The position numbers and the translations under genes were made by a program. From positions 267,874,837 through 267,938,836 of the forward strand of contig NC_090371.1 in assembly GCF_036365525.1 (NCBI RefSeq): DNA of 64,000 nt. The letters are read 5' to 3'. Origin of the DNA: Heterodontus francisci. Taxonomy: Eukaryota. The notes under the pieces were generated by a model that was not told where the DNA came from, made no database searches, and was given only the letters and a program-made list of their open reading frames with translations. Shown piece after piece: positions 37,923 through 50,700 of the stretch (position 1 is the stretch's first letter; the number at the start of each line of letters is the position of its first letter).

Positions 37923-38328
37923 GTTTGCAGTCAATTTTCTTCCAGCACTGACACCACCCACCTCCCCCACACCCCAAAAAAAGAAAAATCTCTCTTCATG
38001 GAAAGCTCTTAAATATCCAGCACTCCAAACATTTTCCAGCACGTACATAGTGTGAATGTATTTGTCTTTCCCATTTCAATGTCAATGCTTTTATGTTGTA
38101 GGTGCAGGTAGGTAGAACATATTGGCTCCATATTCAGAGACCAATTCCTATTACTTATATACTGTATGTTATCAACTATACCCTGTAATGCTAATCTTAT
38201 TGCATTTTAGTTTCTGATATTAAAGCTTATCAAGTGCAATATCCCCATATCTCATTGTATTTACATTGTCCATGATACAAAAGTTGTTTGTTTTTTTAAA
38301 TTTAATATCTCTGAACGTATGACCAAAT

Positions 38329-39448
38329 GGGCTGGATTTTGCAGTCAGCAATGAAGCAATGGTGGACCTTGCTGACCTGTGAGAACACTGCCCACAAAGA
38401 TATAGCAATCTCTGGGGCAAAGATTTCCCCTTTCCAATGTCAGTTTATTCCTGGCCAATTCAAGGAGATCTCTCCAGGCATCCAGCAACAGTGATGTCAT
38501 CAAGCAGGGTATGCAACCAATCATATTGAAGTATTCTCACAGACAGCATACCAAGAAGGGTTATTGACTGAATCTGGTGACTTTTAATTTTTAGATTTTA
38601 CAGATAGTGAAATAAATGATTTGGACATGCACATGGGGTTAAGGTAGAAGATTAAGTATAAAAAAATTTAAAATATTTTAAAATTTGTGGGGCTCCTCTG
38701 TGGGCCAATGAGTGCCCAAAAAAGGCGCGCTTTCCCCAGAGCCCACAGGGAGAGGTCTCCCATGGGGCGGAGGACCCCCTAGTGTTTTTAAAATGCTAGC
38801 AGAGGCAGGAAAAGGCCATTAATTGGCCACTTAAGTGGCTTAATTGGGCTTGGGGCTGACAGGCCATATGCCACCTTGCCCACCGTTGACAAAACAGCAT
38901 GGTAGGATGACATCAAGCAATCCACTTGCCACCTTCCGCCACCATTTTGCCAGCCTTCCGCCTCCAGCCGGTCCCAACACAGCTGGCAAAATCCAGCCCT
39001 AAGAGTGGAAGTTCTCATCAGTTCAATGATTTCCAAATGATTGCAGTCGGGGTGGGTGCTGGGTGGGGGGCGGCTCAACAGGAGGTGTGGTGTCACAGAG
39101 CAACTTCTGCATTTCCGCATCTAAGTGCGCATGTGCGGACTCCAGAAGTTCCTAAAAGCAAAATACTGCGGATGCTGGAAATCTGAAATAAAAACAAGAA
39201 ATGCTGGAACCACTCAGCAGGTCTGGCAGCATCTGTGGAAAGAGAAGCAGAGTTAACGTTTCGGGTCAGCGACGATGAAGGGTCGCTGACCCGAAACGTT
39301 AACTCTGCTTCTCTTTCCACAGATGCTGCCAGACCTGCTGAGCGGTTCCAGCATTTCTTGTTTTTATTTCAGAAGCTACTGTCAGTTTCAGAGTAATGAC
39401 CACCAATGCGGTCAGTTTTGCCGTCATTACTACTGCAAAATCCAGACC
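38329..39448. mobile_element. Harbinger-type MITE containing nested insertions
   Basis: TIRs gggctggattttgcagt / actgcaaaatccagacc with a 3-bp duplication AAT on both sides. Contains a related MITE end (…aaaatccagccc, 38999) and the Penelope palindrome. Confidence 0.65.
39153..39373. repeat. Penelope-derived inverted repeat (92-bp arms, 8-nt loop)
   Basis: 39182-39273 is the reverse complement of 39282-39373, with one mismatch. Confidence 0.9.
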
Positions 39449-39724
39449 AATATTATGGTCAAAAAGGGATGGATTTATTTGAGCCAAAGCCCTTTCCCCA
39501 TTCTTGTCGAACCTGCAGTGAGTGTAACTTTTTATGTATTCTAGTTTAAAATTTAAATGCATGCTTTAAAAATGTATAAAAACTACAGAAGACAATTCTA
39601 TACCCCTTTCTGAACGTAGCCTTCTATTTTTGATCAAGCTTTTGGCCACTTTTCGTAATATCTCCTTATGTAGCTCAGGAGTCAAATTTTGTTTGGCAAG
39701 CGCTTTACAGAAGGCGCTATATAA

Positions 39725-40540
39725 GTGGTTCAAGAGTTCACCTACCTAGGCTCAACTATCACCAGTAACCTGTCTCTAGATGCAGAAATCAACAAGCGCA
39801 TGGGTAAGGCTTCCACTGCTATGTTCAGACTGGCCAAGAGAGTGTGGGAAAATGGCGCACTGACACGGAACACAAAAGTCCGAGTGTATCAGGCCTGTGT
39901 CCTCAGCACCTTGCTCTACGGCAGCGAGGCCTGGACAACGTATGCCAGCCAAGAGCGACGTCTCAATTCATTCCATCTTCGCTGCCTTCGGAGAATACTT
40001 GGCATCAGGTGGCAGGACTATATCTCCAACACAGAAGTCCTTGAAGCGGCCAACATCCCCAGCTTATACACACTACTGAGTCAGCGGCGCTTGAGATGGC
40101 TTGGCCATGTGAGCCGCATGGAAGATGGCAGGATCCCCAAAGACACATTGTACAGCGAGCTCGCCACTGGTATCAGACCCACCGGCCGTCCATGTCTCCG
40201 TTATAAAGACGTCTGCAAACGCGACATGAAATCGTGTGACATTGATCACAAGTCGTGGGAGTCAGTTGCCAGCATTCGCCAGAGCTGGCGGGCAGCCATA
40301 AAGACAGGGCTAAATTGTGGCGAGTCGAAGAGACTTAGTAGTTGGCAGGAAAAAAGACAGAGGCGCAAGGGGAGAGCCAACTGTGCAACAGCCCCAACAA
40401 ACAAATTTCTCTGCAGCACCTGTGGAAGAGCCTGTTACTCCAGAATTGGCCTTTATAGCCACTCCAGGCGCTGCTTCACAAACCACTGACCACCTCCAGG
40501 CGCGTATCCATTGTCTCTCGAGATAAGGAGGCCCAAAAGA
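39725..40540 (+). mobile_element. Young 5'-truncated RTE-clade LINE
   Basis: Uninterrupted 254-aa frame (QEFTYLGS…LLYGSEAW…RLRWLGHVSRM…C2H2-like CSTCGRACYSRIGLYSH) and TSD ATATAA (39719-39724 / 40541-40546). Confidence 0.92.
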
Positions 40541-40739
40541 ATATAAATGCAAGTAGTTGTTGCTTTTGGAGGATTCTCGATGTGTTAATGTTGGTTCCAT
40601 ACACGCGATTGTGAAGTTATAAGGGGTGGAGACGAGTTGAGGCCTTTGGCTGGAGGCGACAGTAAGAGAGATCACCCCTTTGGTTCGTCTCCCTTGCATT
40701 CTTTTGCAAAGTTAGTAACTTTTTTTTTACAAACGGGCT

Positions 40740-40835
40740 CACTGGCCATGCGCGCCTATCATAGAAAGAGGTTTGACAACAACACAAACGTTACAAGAAT
40801 CTCCATGGTTACCGGGGCGTTGCTGCAACGTTGAA
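40740..40835 (+). promoter_or_regulatory. Candidate LRRC27 promoter with RFX X-box-like sites
   Basis: CpG-containing segment with ATCTCCATGGTTAC (40799-40812) and the palindrome CGTTGCTGCAACG (40818-40830), ~330 bp upstream of the ATG. Confidence 0.45.
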
Positions 40836-41147
40836 GTGAACTGGGGGGCACTGTGTGCATTGCTTTTGGAAAGATTAAACACGAGAGCGTTTGCTTTTTT
40901 TTCTCCACCTTTTTTGTTGCTTTTTCAAAATTGACCAGTAAAATATCATGTAGCATTTTCTGCAGTAACTGTATTTATCTTGACTCAGTTCAGCTCAGGA
41001 CTGGGAATGGCCTTCTGTTTCTTCCCCTTGTTTTGCTTGTGCTTTTTTGTGTGAAGTGTACCGAGTCAATGACATGCACTGAAACCCCATATGGCACGAC
41101 GTTCCGATTGTTTTAGTCTCACTGCTGGGCAGTAGCTTTAATTTCTC

Positions 41148-41342
41148 ATGGAGATTGATGTGGAGCAGGCTGAGCCCTGTTCCTGCAGAGAACCTGAAGT
41201 TCCACATTTCTGCACCCCGACTTCGGATCAGGGAGAAACTCCAAGTGAAAGACGATGTGATGTCTGGTGCAGTGACAAGTCACTTGATCTCTGTAGGAAG
41301 GACCTAACCTGCCTGAAGTGTGACATGCCGAGATGTATCGAG
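41148..41342 (+). CDS. LRRC27: LRRC27 first coding exon
   Basis: MEIDVEQAEP…KSLDLCRKDLTCL…PRCIE|gtaaat, phase 0, joining in frame to the next exon. LDL..L motif as in human ILDLSESGLCRL. Possible acceptor ttttag at 41116. Confidence 0.75.
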
Positions 41343-42656
41343 GTAAATTGGTTTTACCTGTCACTAAGTTTTCGATCTGTCTACATGTTGTTCCTCTGCT
41401 CTTTTTGTTCTAATACTATCGCTAAACAAGTTTACTAATTCAGCTCGAATTCTTTTTTTTTTAAATGTCTCGGTTCTTAAATTGACCACATTTCCCAATT
41501 TAGGACTGCATTAATTTATCCTCTGGCCACACCAGGTAGCTCTTCCAACCCGAACATCGCTTGTTCACTTGTTATTGTAATTCTACAATCTACAGGCCAT
41601 TTTAAGCATAGCACGGAAGTGGTTTCTGCTAAAGATGGTTGTGTGTTAACGGTGGCGGTGTCGGCTTGCATTGACCCGCAGACCAATAAAGTTAACCAGC
41701 ACCCTGATGTTTGGAGATTGGAAGGTGGCAAACTGCAGTGTAAACTCAAAGGCGGACTAGAGCACGGTAACTCTGCCCATCATGAAAAAAAATAACCTGA
41801 ACTTCGATGAAAGATCCACGCTGTTGTCCTTCCCGGAGATAATAGTTGTAAAAACACATTTTGAATCTCCTAAATTTACCAAACCGTCTTCTGGATCTGT
41901 GATGTGACGAATCATGTCAGCTGTCTCCACATGCATTTAAACCCACTAACTTGGATTTGCTAATATGACTCGCCTGCTTGTGAATACCCTTTTATAGCTA
42001 AAATTTGTTCATTTATCAACCTATATCTCTCTAACGTTATCCCTGCAATGTTCAATTTCACTACAACATTTGATCTTGCCCTGCAACCTTTGACTCGCCC
42101 TTTAAAATATGTTGTCACTCACTGATATGACCAACAGGAATATTGTTGTCTAATGTACAGAAAAAATGTCTGGTCGTAATCTCCTACTCTGACAGTTCTA
42201 CCATGTGAGTTAACAAATATTTTTCCTTTCTTTTTCACTTGATTCATAATTCTTACTTGACTAAATGAGACACACTGAGGTGATAAAGAGCAGTAAACTT
42301 ACCCTTCAACACTTCAGTTCCAGGACTGGTCATGGCTGTCACAGTTTGGTACAATAATTGCTTCGGTTACCATAGATGGCGATGCAATCTTCACCCTGCA
42401 ATTTCATTTCACATTGAACACAGTTCAGTGCAACTATCCAAATCTCAGTAGTGAATAGTGGAGAGTCCAGGCCGTCAAAACTCAACAGGGAGGAAAAGGG
42501 AGCTTGGAATTAAGGCTGCCAAGAGAAGCCAACAAGAAAAAAACAGATAGGGTGGGGTGGGGAGCGTGAGGACATTGACTCAAGGCAATGGAGGATGTCA
42601 GCCAGAAAATGCAGAGGTGAAGCCACTGAGAGTATCAGGGAGAAACAGAAACACCT

Positions 42657-43140
42657 GTCTATCCCCCTCCTCTGACTATGGAATCTCCTAAAGCAATTGC
42701 ATTTCTACACTTTGTTGCTCCCTCCTGTACAGTTCCTTGCCCATTGGTGTCAAGATTTGGACTGCACTCTTTCAGGGTATGGTCACTCCCAGCAGTCTCC
42801 AATGCTGCGTACCTGTTTGAGAGTAGCACACACTCTGAAGGCTCCTGCACCTCCTCCTCTTTCTCGTCTTCCAGATGGCCACCCACCTACTATCCTGAAC
42901 TCTTACTGCCTGTGGAGCGACCAGGTCCTGGAAAGTACAATCCAGGAAAATCTCCTGCTCCGCAGTGACTCCAGCTGCCCCTGAAGCTCGGAAATCCTGA
43001 GCTCAAGCTGAAGCAGCTGGAGACACTTCCTGCACACGTGGTTCCCCCAAGACATGAAAATGTCCTAAAGTTCCCACATGGCACAGGAATTGCAAGCAAC
43101 AGGTCACAACTGCCCATGCATGATCTAGAAAAAAACTCTA
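42657..43140 (-). mobile_element. CR1 ORF1 fragment
   Basis: CRKCLQLQLRISEL zinc/coiled-coil region, LSNRYAALE, and ALGDSIVRG (esterase GDS motif). Confidence 0.75.
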
Positions 43141-43204
43141 TTTCCTCTTTTAGAATCTAATTGGTACCTTGATTGAACTATTAATTTTAATTAATGCCTC
43201 TAGA

Positions 43205-45445
43205 GCTGCGCAGTGACAGACTCTTCCACAGGTGCTGCAGATAAAATTGGTTGTTGGGGTTGTTACACAGTTGGCTCTCTCCTTGCGCTTCTGTCTTTTT
43301 TCCTGCCAACTGTGAAGTCTCTTCGACTCGCCACTCTTTAGCCCCGCCTTTATGGCTGCCCGCCAGCTCTGGCGATCACTGACAACTGACTCCCACGACT
43401 TGTGATCAATGTCACAGGACTTCATGTCGCATTTGCAGATGTCTTTGAAGTGGAGACATGGACAGCCAGTGGGTCTGATACCAGTGACGAGCTTGCTGTT
43501 TAATACGTCCTTGGGGATCCTGCCATCTTCCATGCGGCTCACATGGCCAAGCCATCTCAAGTGCCACTGGCTCAGTAGGGTGTACATGCTGGGGATCTTG
43601 GCTGCCTCGAGGACTTCTGCGTTGGAGATACGGTCCTGCCACCTGATGCGAAGGATTCTTCGGAGACAGCGAAGATGGAATGCATTGAGACGTCACTCTT
43701 GGCTGACATATGTTGTCCAGGCCTCGCTACCATAGAGCAAGGTACTGAGGACACAGGCTTGAAACATTCGGACTTTTGTGTTCTGTGTCAGTGTGCCATT
43801 TTCCCAGACCCTCTTGGCCAGTCTGGACATAGCAGCAGATGCCTTTCCCATGCGCTTGTTGATTTCTGTATCAAGAGACAGGTTACTGCTGATGGTTGAG
43901 CCTAGGTAGGTGAACTCTTGAACCACTTCCAGAGCGTGGTCGCCAATATTGATGGATGGAGCATTTCTGACATCCTGTCCCATGACGTTCGTTTTCTTGA
44001 AACTGATGGTTAGGCCAAATTCGTTGCAGGCAGCCGCAAACCTGTCGATGAGTCTCTGCAGACACTCTTCCGTGTGGGATGTTAATGTAGCATCGTCAGC
44101 AAAGCGGAGTTCCCTGAAGAGGACCTTCCATACTTTGGTCTTCACTCTAAGACGGGCAAGGTTGAACAATCTGCCATCTGATCTTGTGTGGAGGAAAATT
44201 CCTTCTTCTGAAAACTTAAACGCATGTGAGAGCAGCAGTGAGAAGAAGATCCCAAACAGTGTAGGTGCGAGAACACAGCCCTGTTTCACACCACTCAGGA
44301 TAGGAAAGGGGTCTGATGAGGCGCCGCTATGCTGAATTGTGCCTTTCATATTCTCATGGAACGAGGTGATGATACTTAGTAGCTTTGGTGAACATCCGAT
44401 CTTTTCTAGTAGTCTGAAGAGACCACGTCTGCTGACAAGGTCAAAGGCTTTGGTGAGATGTATAAAAGCAACGTAGAGGGGCATCCGTTGTTTGAGGCAT
44501 TTCTCCTGTAGATGGCGAAGGGAGAACAGCATATCAATAGTGGTCGAAAGCCGCACTGTGCCTCAGGGTAGACATGCTCAGCCAGCTTCTGGAGCCTGTT
44601 TAAAGTGACTCGAGCGAAGACTTTCCCCACTATGCTGAGCAGGGAAATTCCACGGTAGTTGTTGCAGTCACCGCGGTCACCCTTGTTCTTATAGAGGGTG
44701 ATGATATTGGCATCGTGCATGTCCTGTGGTACTGCTCCCTCATCCCAGCACAGGCAAAGCAGTTCATGGAGTGCTGAAAGTATAACAGGCTTGGCACACT
44801 TGATTATTTCAGGGGTAATGCCGTCCTTTCCAGGGCTTTTCCGCTGGCTAGAGAATCGATGGCATTACTGAGCTCCGATTTGGTTGACTGTTCGTCCAGC
44901 TCATCCATGACTGGCAGAGACTGGGCTGCGTTGAGGGCGGTATCAGTGACATCATTTTCCCTGGAGTACAGTTCGAGGTGGTGTTGAAACCTCGCGGTCC
45001 ATTTGCTTTCGTTGGTCATTGATCGTTTCCCCTGATTTGGACTTGAGGGGGACGATCTTATTGATGGTTGGCCCAAAAGCTCTCTTAATGCGGTCATACA
45101 TTCCTCTGATGTTTCTGGTGTCAGAGGCCAGCTGTATACGACTGCATAGGTGTTGCCAGTAGTCGTTTGCACAGCGCCTGGCTGTTCTTTGCGCGGTGCT
45201 TCTGGTGGCTTTATATGCTAAGGATGTTAACTCGCTGGGGGCTTTCTTGTAGTTCAGCAGTGCTGTGTGCTTAGCGGCTATGACTGGTTCCATCTCTTCA
45301 AAGTGAGATTGAAACCAGTCTGCATTCTGCTTCTCACGTTTGCCAAAGGTGGTCATTGCTGAGTCATAGATGGCTTCTCTGATGTGGGCCCACATGGTCT
45401 CTGCATCCCCTGCAGGCATGTTTTGAAGGGCTTTTTCAAGTGAAC
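43205..45445 (-). mobile_element. RTE-clade LINE (same family as 39725-40540), several frameshifts, extreme 3' end missing
   Basis: NYRGISLLSIVGKVFAR, LTKAFD, GVKQGCVLAPTLF, FADD and QEFTYLGS motifs in ORFs 43150-45419. Confidence 0.92.
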
Positions 45446-47700
45446 TATAGAGTGGTGATGTTGGGGGACTTTACCCAAATATCGATTGGGACAATTCTAG
45501 AGTAAAGGGTAAGGAGGTGGAGGAATTTCTGTGTTGTGTTCAGGAGAACTTCCTTGATCAATATGTTTTCAACCCAATGAGAAAGGAGGCATTGCTGGAT
45601 CTGGTGGTAAGAAATGAGGTGGGCCAAGTGGACCAAGTGTCTGTGGGGGTGCACTTGGGTAAGAGTGATCATTGTATCATAAGGTTTAGACAAGTAACGC
45701 AGAAAAGCAAGGAGCAAAATAAGGTAGAATGTCTAGATTGGAAGAGTGTTAATTTCAATGAGATGAGAAGGGATCTAGCCAGGATAAAATGGAACAAAGA
45801 CTGACAGAAAAACTGTAATGGAACAATGGGTTATCTTTAAGGAAGAGGTGCTTCAGGTATAGGCTAAGTATATTCCAACAAGGGTAAAAGGCAGGAGAAC
45901 CAAAAACAGGGCTCATTGGATGATGAGGGAGATATAGACAAAGATGAAACAAAAAAAGGTGTATGATGCATGTCAGGTGAATTCTTCAAATGAGAACCAG
46001 GCCAAATACAATAGAGGGGTGGCGAAGAGGAAAATAAGGCTGGCAAAGAGAGAATATGAGAATAGAATGGCAGTCAACGTAAAAGGGAACCCAAAAATCT
46101 ACTACTTGAATGTAAATAGTAAGCAGGTAGTAAGAAGCGGAGTGGATTCTATTAGGGTGATATATGCTTAGAGGCACAGGGCAAGGCTAGAATACTTAAT
46201 GAGTACTTTGTATCGGTGTCCACTAATGAAGAGGAATCTGACAAAATATTGATAGAAGTGGTAGAGGCAATGGATAAGGTAAAAATTGAGAGGGAGAAGG
46301 TACTGGAAAGCCTGCTGTGCTTAGGGTAGATTAGTCACCTGGTCTGGATGGCTTGCACCCAGGTTGCTAAAGGAGGTGGGAGTGGAGATAGTGGAAGGGC
46401 TTGTCATAACCTTCCAATTTTCCCCAGATACAGGGGAGGAGTCAAAGGATTGGAGAGTGGCAAACAAGCCAGTTAGTTTGACATCAGTGGTTGGTAAGGT
46501 TTTAGAAGCAATAATCAGGGGAAAAAATCAACTGGCACTTGGAGAGGTTTGAGTTAATTAAGAATAGCCAGCATGGATTTGTAAAAGACGGATCATGCTT
46601 GACTAATCTGATTGAATTTTTTGATGAAGTAACGGAGAAGTTTGAAGAAGGGAATGTGGTGGATGTTGTCCATATGGATTTTAAGAAAGCATTTGATAAA
46701 GTACCACATAAAAGGCTGGTGAACAAAATTGAGGCTCATGGAATAGGAGGGTCAGTGTCCAATTAGATTTTTAAAATTGCCTTAAGGACAGAAAACAGTG
46801 AGTCATGGTAAATGGTTGTTTTTCAGACTGGAGGATGGTAGACAGTGGTGTTCCCAAGGGTCAGTGTGAGGACCACTGGATTTTTTATTATATATAAATG
46901 ACATGGATCTTAGAATACAGAGCAGAATTTCAAAATTTGCCATGAGACAATATAGACTTAAAGGTGCCGTTCTAAAGAGTGTGCAAGAACAGAGGGTCCT
47001 GTATGTGCATATTTCTTTGAAGGTGGCAGGATGTATTGAGAGAGTGGTTAGCAAAGCATTTGGGATCTTGGGCTTCATAAATAGAGGCATAGAGTATAAA
47101 AGCAGGGAAGTTATGCTGAACTGTTATAAAGCTCTGGTTCGGCCCCTACTAGAGTGTTGCATCCAGTTCTGGTCACCATACTTTAGGAAAAATGTGAGGG
47201 TCCTTGAGAGGGTGCAGAGGAGATTTACCAGAATGGTTCCAGCGATGGAGGATTTTAGTTATAAGGTTAGGTTGGAAAAGCTGGCTTTGTTCTCCTTAAA
47301 ACAAAAGAGATTGAGGGGAGATTTAATAGAGGTGTACAAGATTATGACAGGCTTTTTGGATATATTAAACAAGGAAAAACTGTTCCCATTAACTGATGGT
47401 ACAAGGACTAGGGGACACAGATTGAAGGTTTTGGGCAAGAGATGCAGGGGGAATATGAGAAAGAACTTGTTTTACGCAGTGGGTGGTAATGACCTAGAAT
47501 TTGCTCCCCATGAGGGTGGTGGAAGCAGAGACAATCAGTGATTTCAAAAAGGAAATTGGATGGGCACGAAGGAAATAAACTTGCAGGACTACAGGGATCA
47601 AGTGGGGGAGTGGAAGTGACTGAATTGTTCCGTGGAGAGCTGGCATGCACTTGATGGACCAAATGGCCTCCTTCTGTGCTGTAAATAACTCTATGACTCT
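45446..47700 (+). mobile_element. CR1 LINE ORF2 (endonuclease C-half to 3' tail), decayed
   Basis: VMLGDF, EALLDLVV, QHGFVK..SCLTNLIEFF and DFKKAFDKVPH motifs, ORF 46903-47541, tail taactctatgactct. Confidence 0.9.
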
Positions 47701-50700
47701 AAGAAGAGAGACAGAGGAACAGAATAGAGACATAGTGGTCGATTTTAACCCCCCCCCCCCCCCTTGCCCAGCAAGAATTATGCATGAGTGGGGTTAAAAT
47801 CATCCAAGTCCATTTACTGACTTGAGGCTGCAATTTTCCCACCCAGTGATATTTTATCTTAACTGATAAATACAACAGCCGAGGCCCCCACTGCAGGCAG
47901 GTGGAGGCCGAATTAAAATCTTAAAGTCATGGCCCAATGATATCACTAACATTGCGCTAGTATTTTAATTTCCATATTTGGAAGAACTGCACAGATCGAA
48001 CCCCAACATCTCAACTACAGCAGAAGATCATGGAGTGGTCAGAAGAAGTTTGGGGAAAAAATTTGACATGGAATCCTTGTGGGTCAGGAGGAGCAGGAGG
48101 GCTCTGCTGGGCTCTGCATGCACACCATGGACCTTTCCTGCCCCAGGCTTCTCCCCACCACCCACCACCCAACCCCCCTGCCCTACCCCCCACCACCACC
48201 AGACCCCAACTATGATCATTCCTAATCACCCTCCTTCCTCACACATCTTGTGGTGGCTGTTTCTGTGGGTCCCTGGCAGCAGCCTGACCCCTTGTGACTT
48301 TCCACTCTTGCCAACTGGCATTGATGTCATTCTCGATGGCTTAAGGCAGGAGTCAGTTACGGGCTATTGAAATGAAGCCCCAGAGTTAAAATGTTCCATG
48401 CCTGTCACACCGCGTGGTCAAATGTATCGCTGGCCTCTTTGGTTCTGCACTCCCAATTCCCACTCCCAACTTCAAATTGACCTCATAATAACAAAACTTT
48501 GCAGGAATTTAAGGCCCAGTGTTTAACCCCACCCCTCCCCTGCTCAGGTGAACATTCCAGGAAGGAGGGCATGAGTGTGAGGGGTGAGGGTTGTGCCACA
48601 TTCTTGAACATTCCTGCTCCCTGACCATGTTTATTTGCCTGTCTTCGGAGGAGCGAGTTCCTAATTAAATGGCAGTTTCACTTCCCGATGATACAATCTG
48701 GATGTGCATGCCATTTTAACCACAACCCAATTACAACCCACACAGTCTCTGGCCCAGCAGCAAGGATCCAGGCCCATATAAGTCTGTTTTTAAATGATTG
48801 GTTCTTCGTAGAGCAGGAGGCATACAAGCATTCCTTGGACCTCCTATGCACATCTTCCTCACCGCTCCCGATCAAAGCCCCCATACCCGCTTACCTTGCC
48901 AGGGACCATTTCTGCGGGTGGACACCAACTTTGACGCCCACCTGCCAGCGTTGACGTCCCCTATTCTGGGTGGGTAGGTCATGGACGGGATGTGAAACTG
49001 AGGTTCAGGAGTAAAAATTTTCCAAGTCTCCTGCTGTGAGGTCCAGATGGTTCGATATTCACTTTAGCCTCCACACTCCCTATTCACACCAGATTTAAAA
49101 TCAACCCTACAGCATCTGGTGTAGCGCTGGACAATTGGCATCTCACAAGCCACATGGGGCTCTTCTGTCGCTGAAATGTGGCCCTGTGTATGTTTTCTGT
49201 AACTATCCTGTCCAAGCACTAAGCCCTGACATCAGGGTACAGAATAACAAAGAAAAGATCCGAAGCTCAGGTTCCAGCTTTTGGAAAAATAAAATAGTTC
49301 CTTTTTATGATTATTTAGGAAATTGATGTGTGCTTCTTTACTTATGTATGTTGAAACAAAGCAAGTAAGTCACAGATAATGACCCCTAAATGAGAGGAAC
49401 CCATGCACACAAATTGCAAACATTTCATACTAAAAAACTCCGCTGCAATGTTGCTAACGAAAAACATGTGTAGCAGGGCTGATCATGGAAAGGCAAGATA
49501 TAAGAATGAAACTCTGGGTTAAAAGCCTTCACATAGTTGCTAAAAGTCCATGACTAGATTCAAGATGATATTCTGTCATTGTCTTGTGTAGAAGTAATTT
49601 TGTATTGTGATTCATACCAATTCAGGATAATTGAGACTGTTCAAAATTGTAACAAGTATCTTAACATAAATGTTTTGAAAGCTAGGATATAACATCCCAG
49701 CACAGCAGACTATTCATGTGCTGGTAATATAAGTGTATAAAAATCGGTGTTTGATTTCTCTTTTTAAGAAACGAATGTACTAACATACCTTGTGGACATT
49801 CTTACTGACAAATACAATATAATTTTTCATGTTTATTTCAAAAACTTGCTGGAATTTTGTGACTTAAAATTATACTATTCAAATATTGCAGCCAAATTCT
49901 GATTGGATATCTTTATTTTTCACCAACAGAATAAAGATTTGCACACAGAAAACCCAGTCATGATAAACTATTTGGCATAGGTTGATTTTTTTTTTTACCC
50001 AATTGTTGATCTGAAGCACATCAAACATGCTATGCCATCCATCACAAGAAGACTATTTCCTAGATATTTATCACACCATTTCATTTCCATTTCTTCTGAA
50101 TGGAGACCTTTTACTAATTCACACACATAAGCATCAGAATGCATTTCGGTTAGCTTTAGGATTTAATTCCATTCCATATTTTTCTGTTCTTTTACACTAC
50201 AGGAGCCATTAGAGTTTGGGCTATGGTCGAGAGAATGGCAATACAACATGATTGGGTCAGCATCTCCAAGATAGTAATTCCAGTTGATATTTATATATGT
50301 ACTGCAATATGTGCTCTCCAGGATGGTTGTATTCCTTAATTGTATAGAACTATACCACTGGATATATCACCAGGAGCATAAAGAAGCAACCAGATTAAGA
50401 GATTGATCTAGTATATATGATTTTGTACCACGGTTCCACAAACCACACTGTGACAACAAGAGCTATAAGGCAAGTAGGAACATCAGAACAGGAATAGGCC
50501 ATTTACTTCCCTGAAGCCTGTTTCGCCATTCGATGAGATCATGGCTGATCTGTGATCTAACTCCATATACCTGCCTTTGCCCCATATCCTGTAATACCTC
50601 TGGTTAAGAAAACTGTAGCAAGTACTGTAGCATTTTTTCTATAGTTGAGAACACTTATCATTTTAGAACTTAACTAAACAGGGAACAAGATCACCTAGCA

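Noticed and set aside
43693-44556. 287-aa reverse transcriptase ORF as a domesticated gene or retron-like system
   Set aside because: It is part of a frameshifted RTE LINE copy with near-identical sibling fragments in the window.
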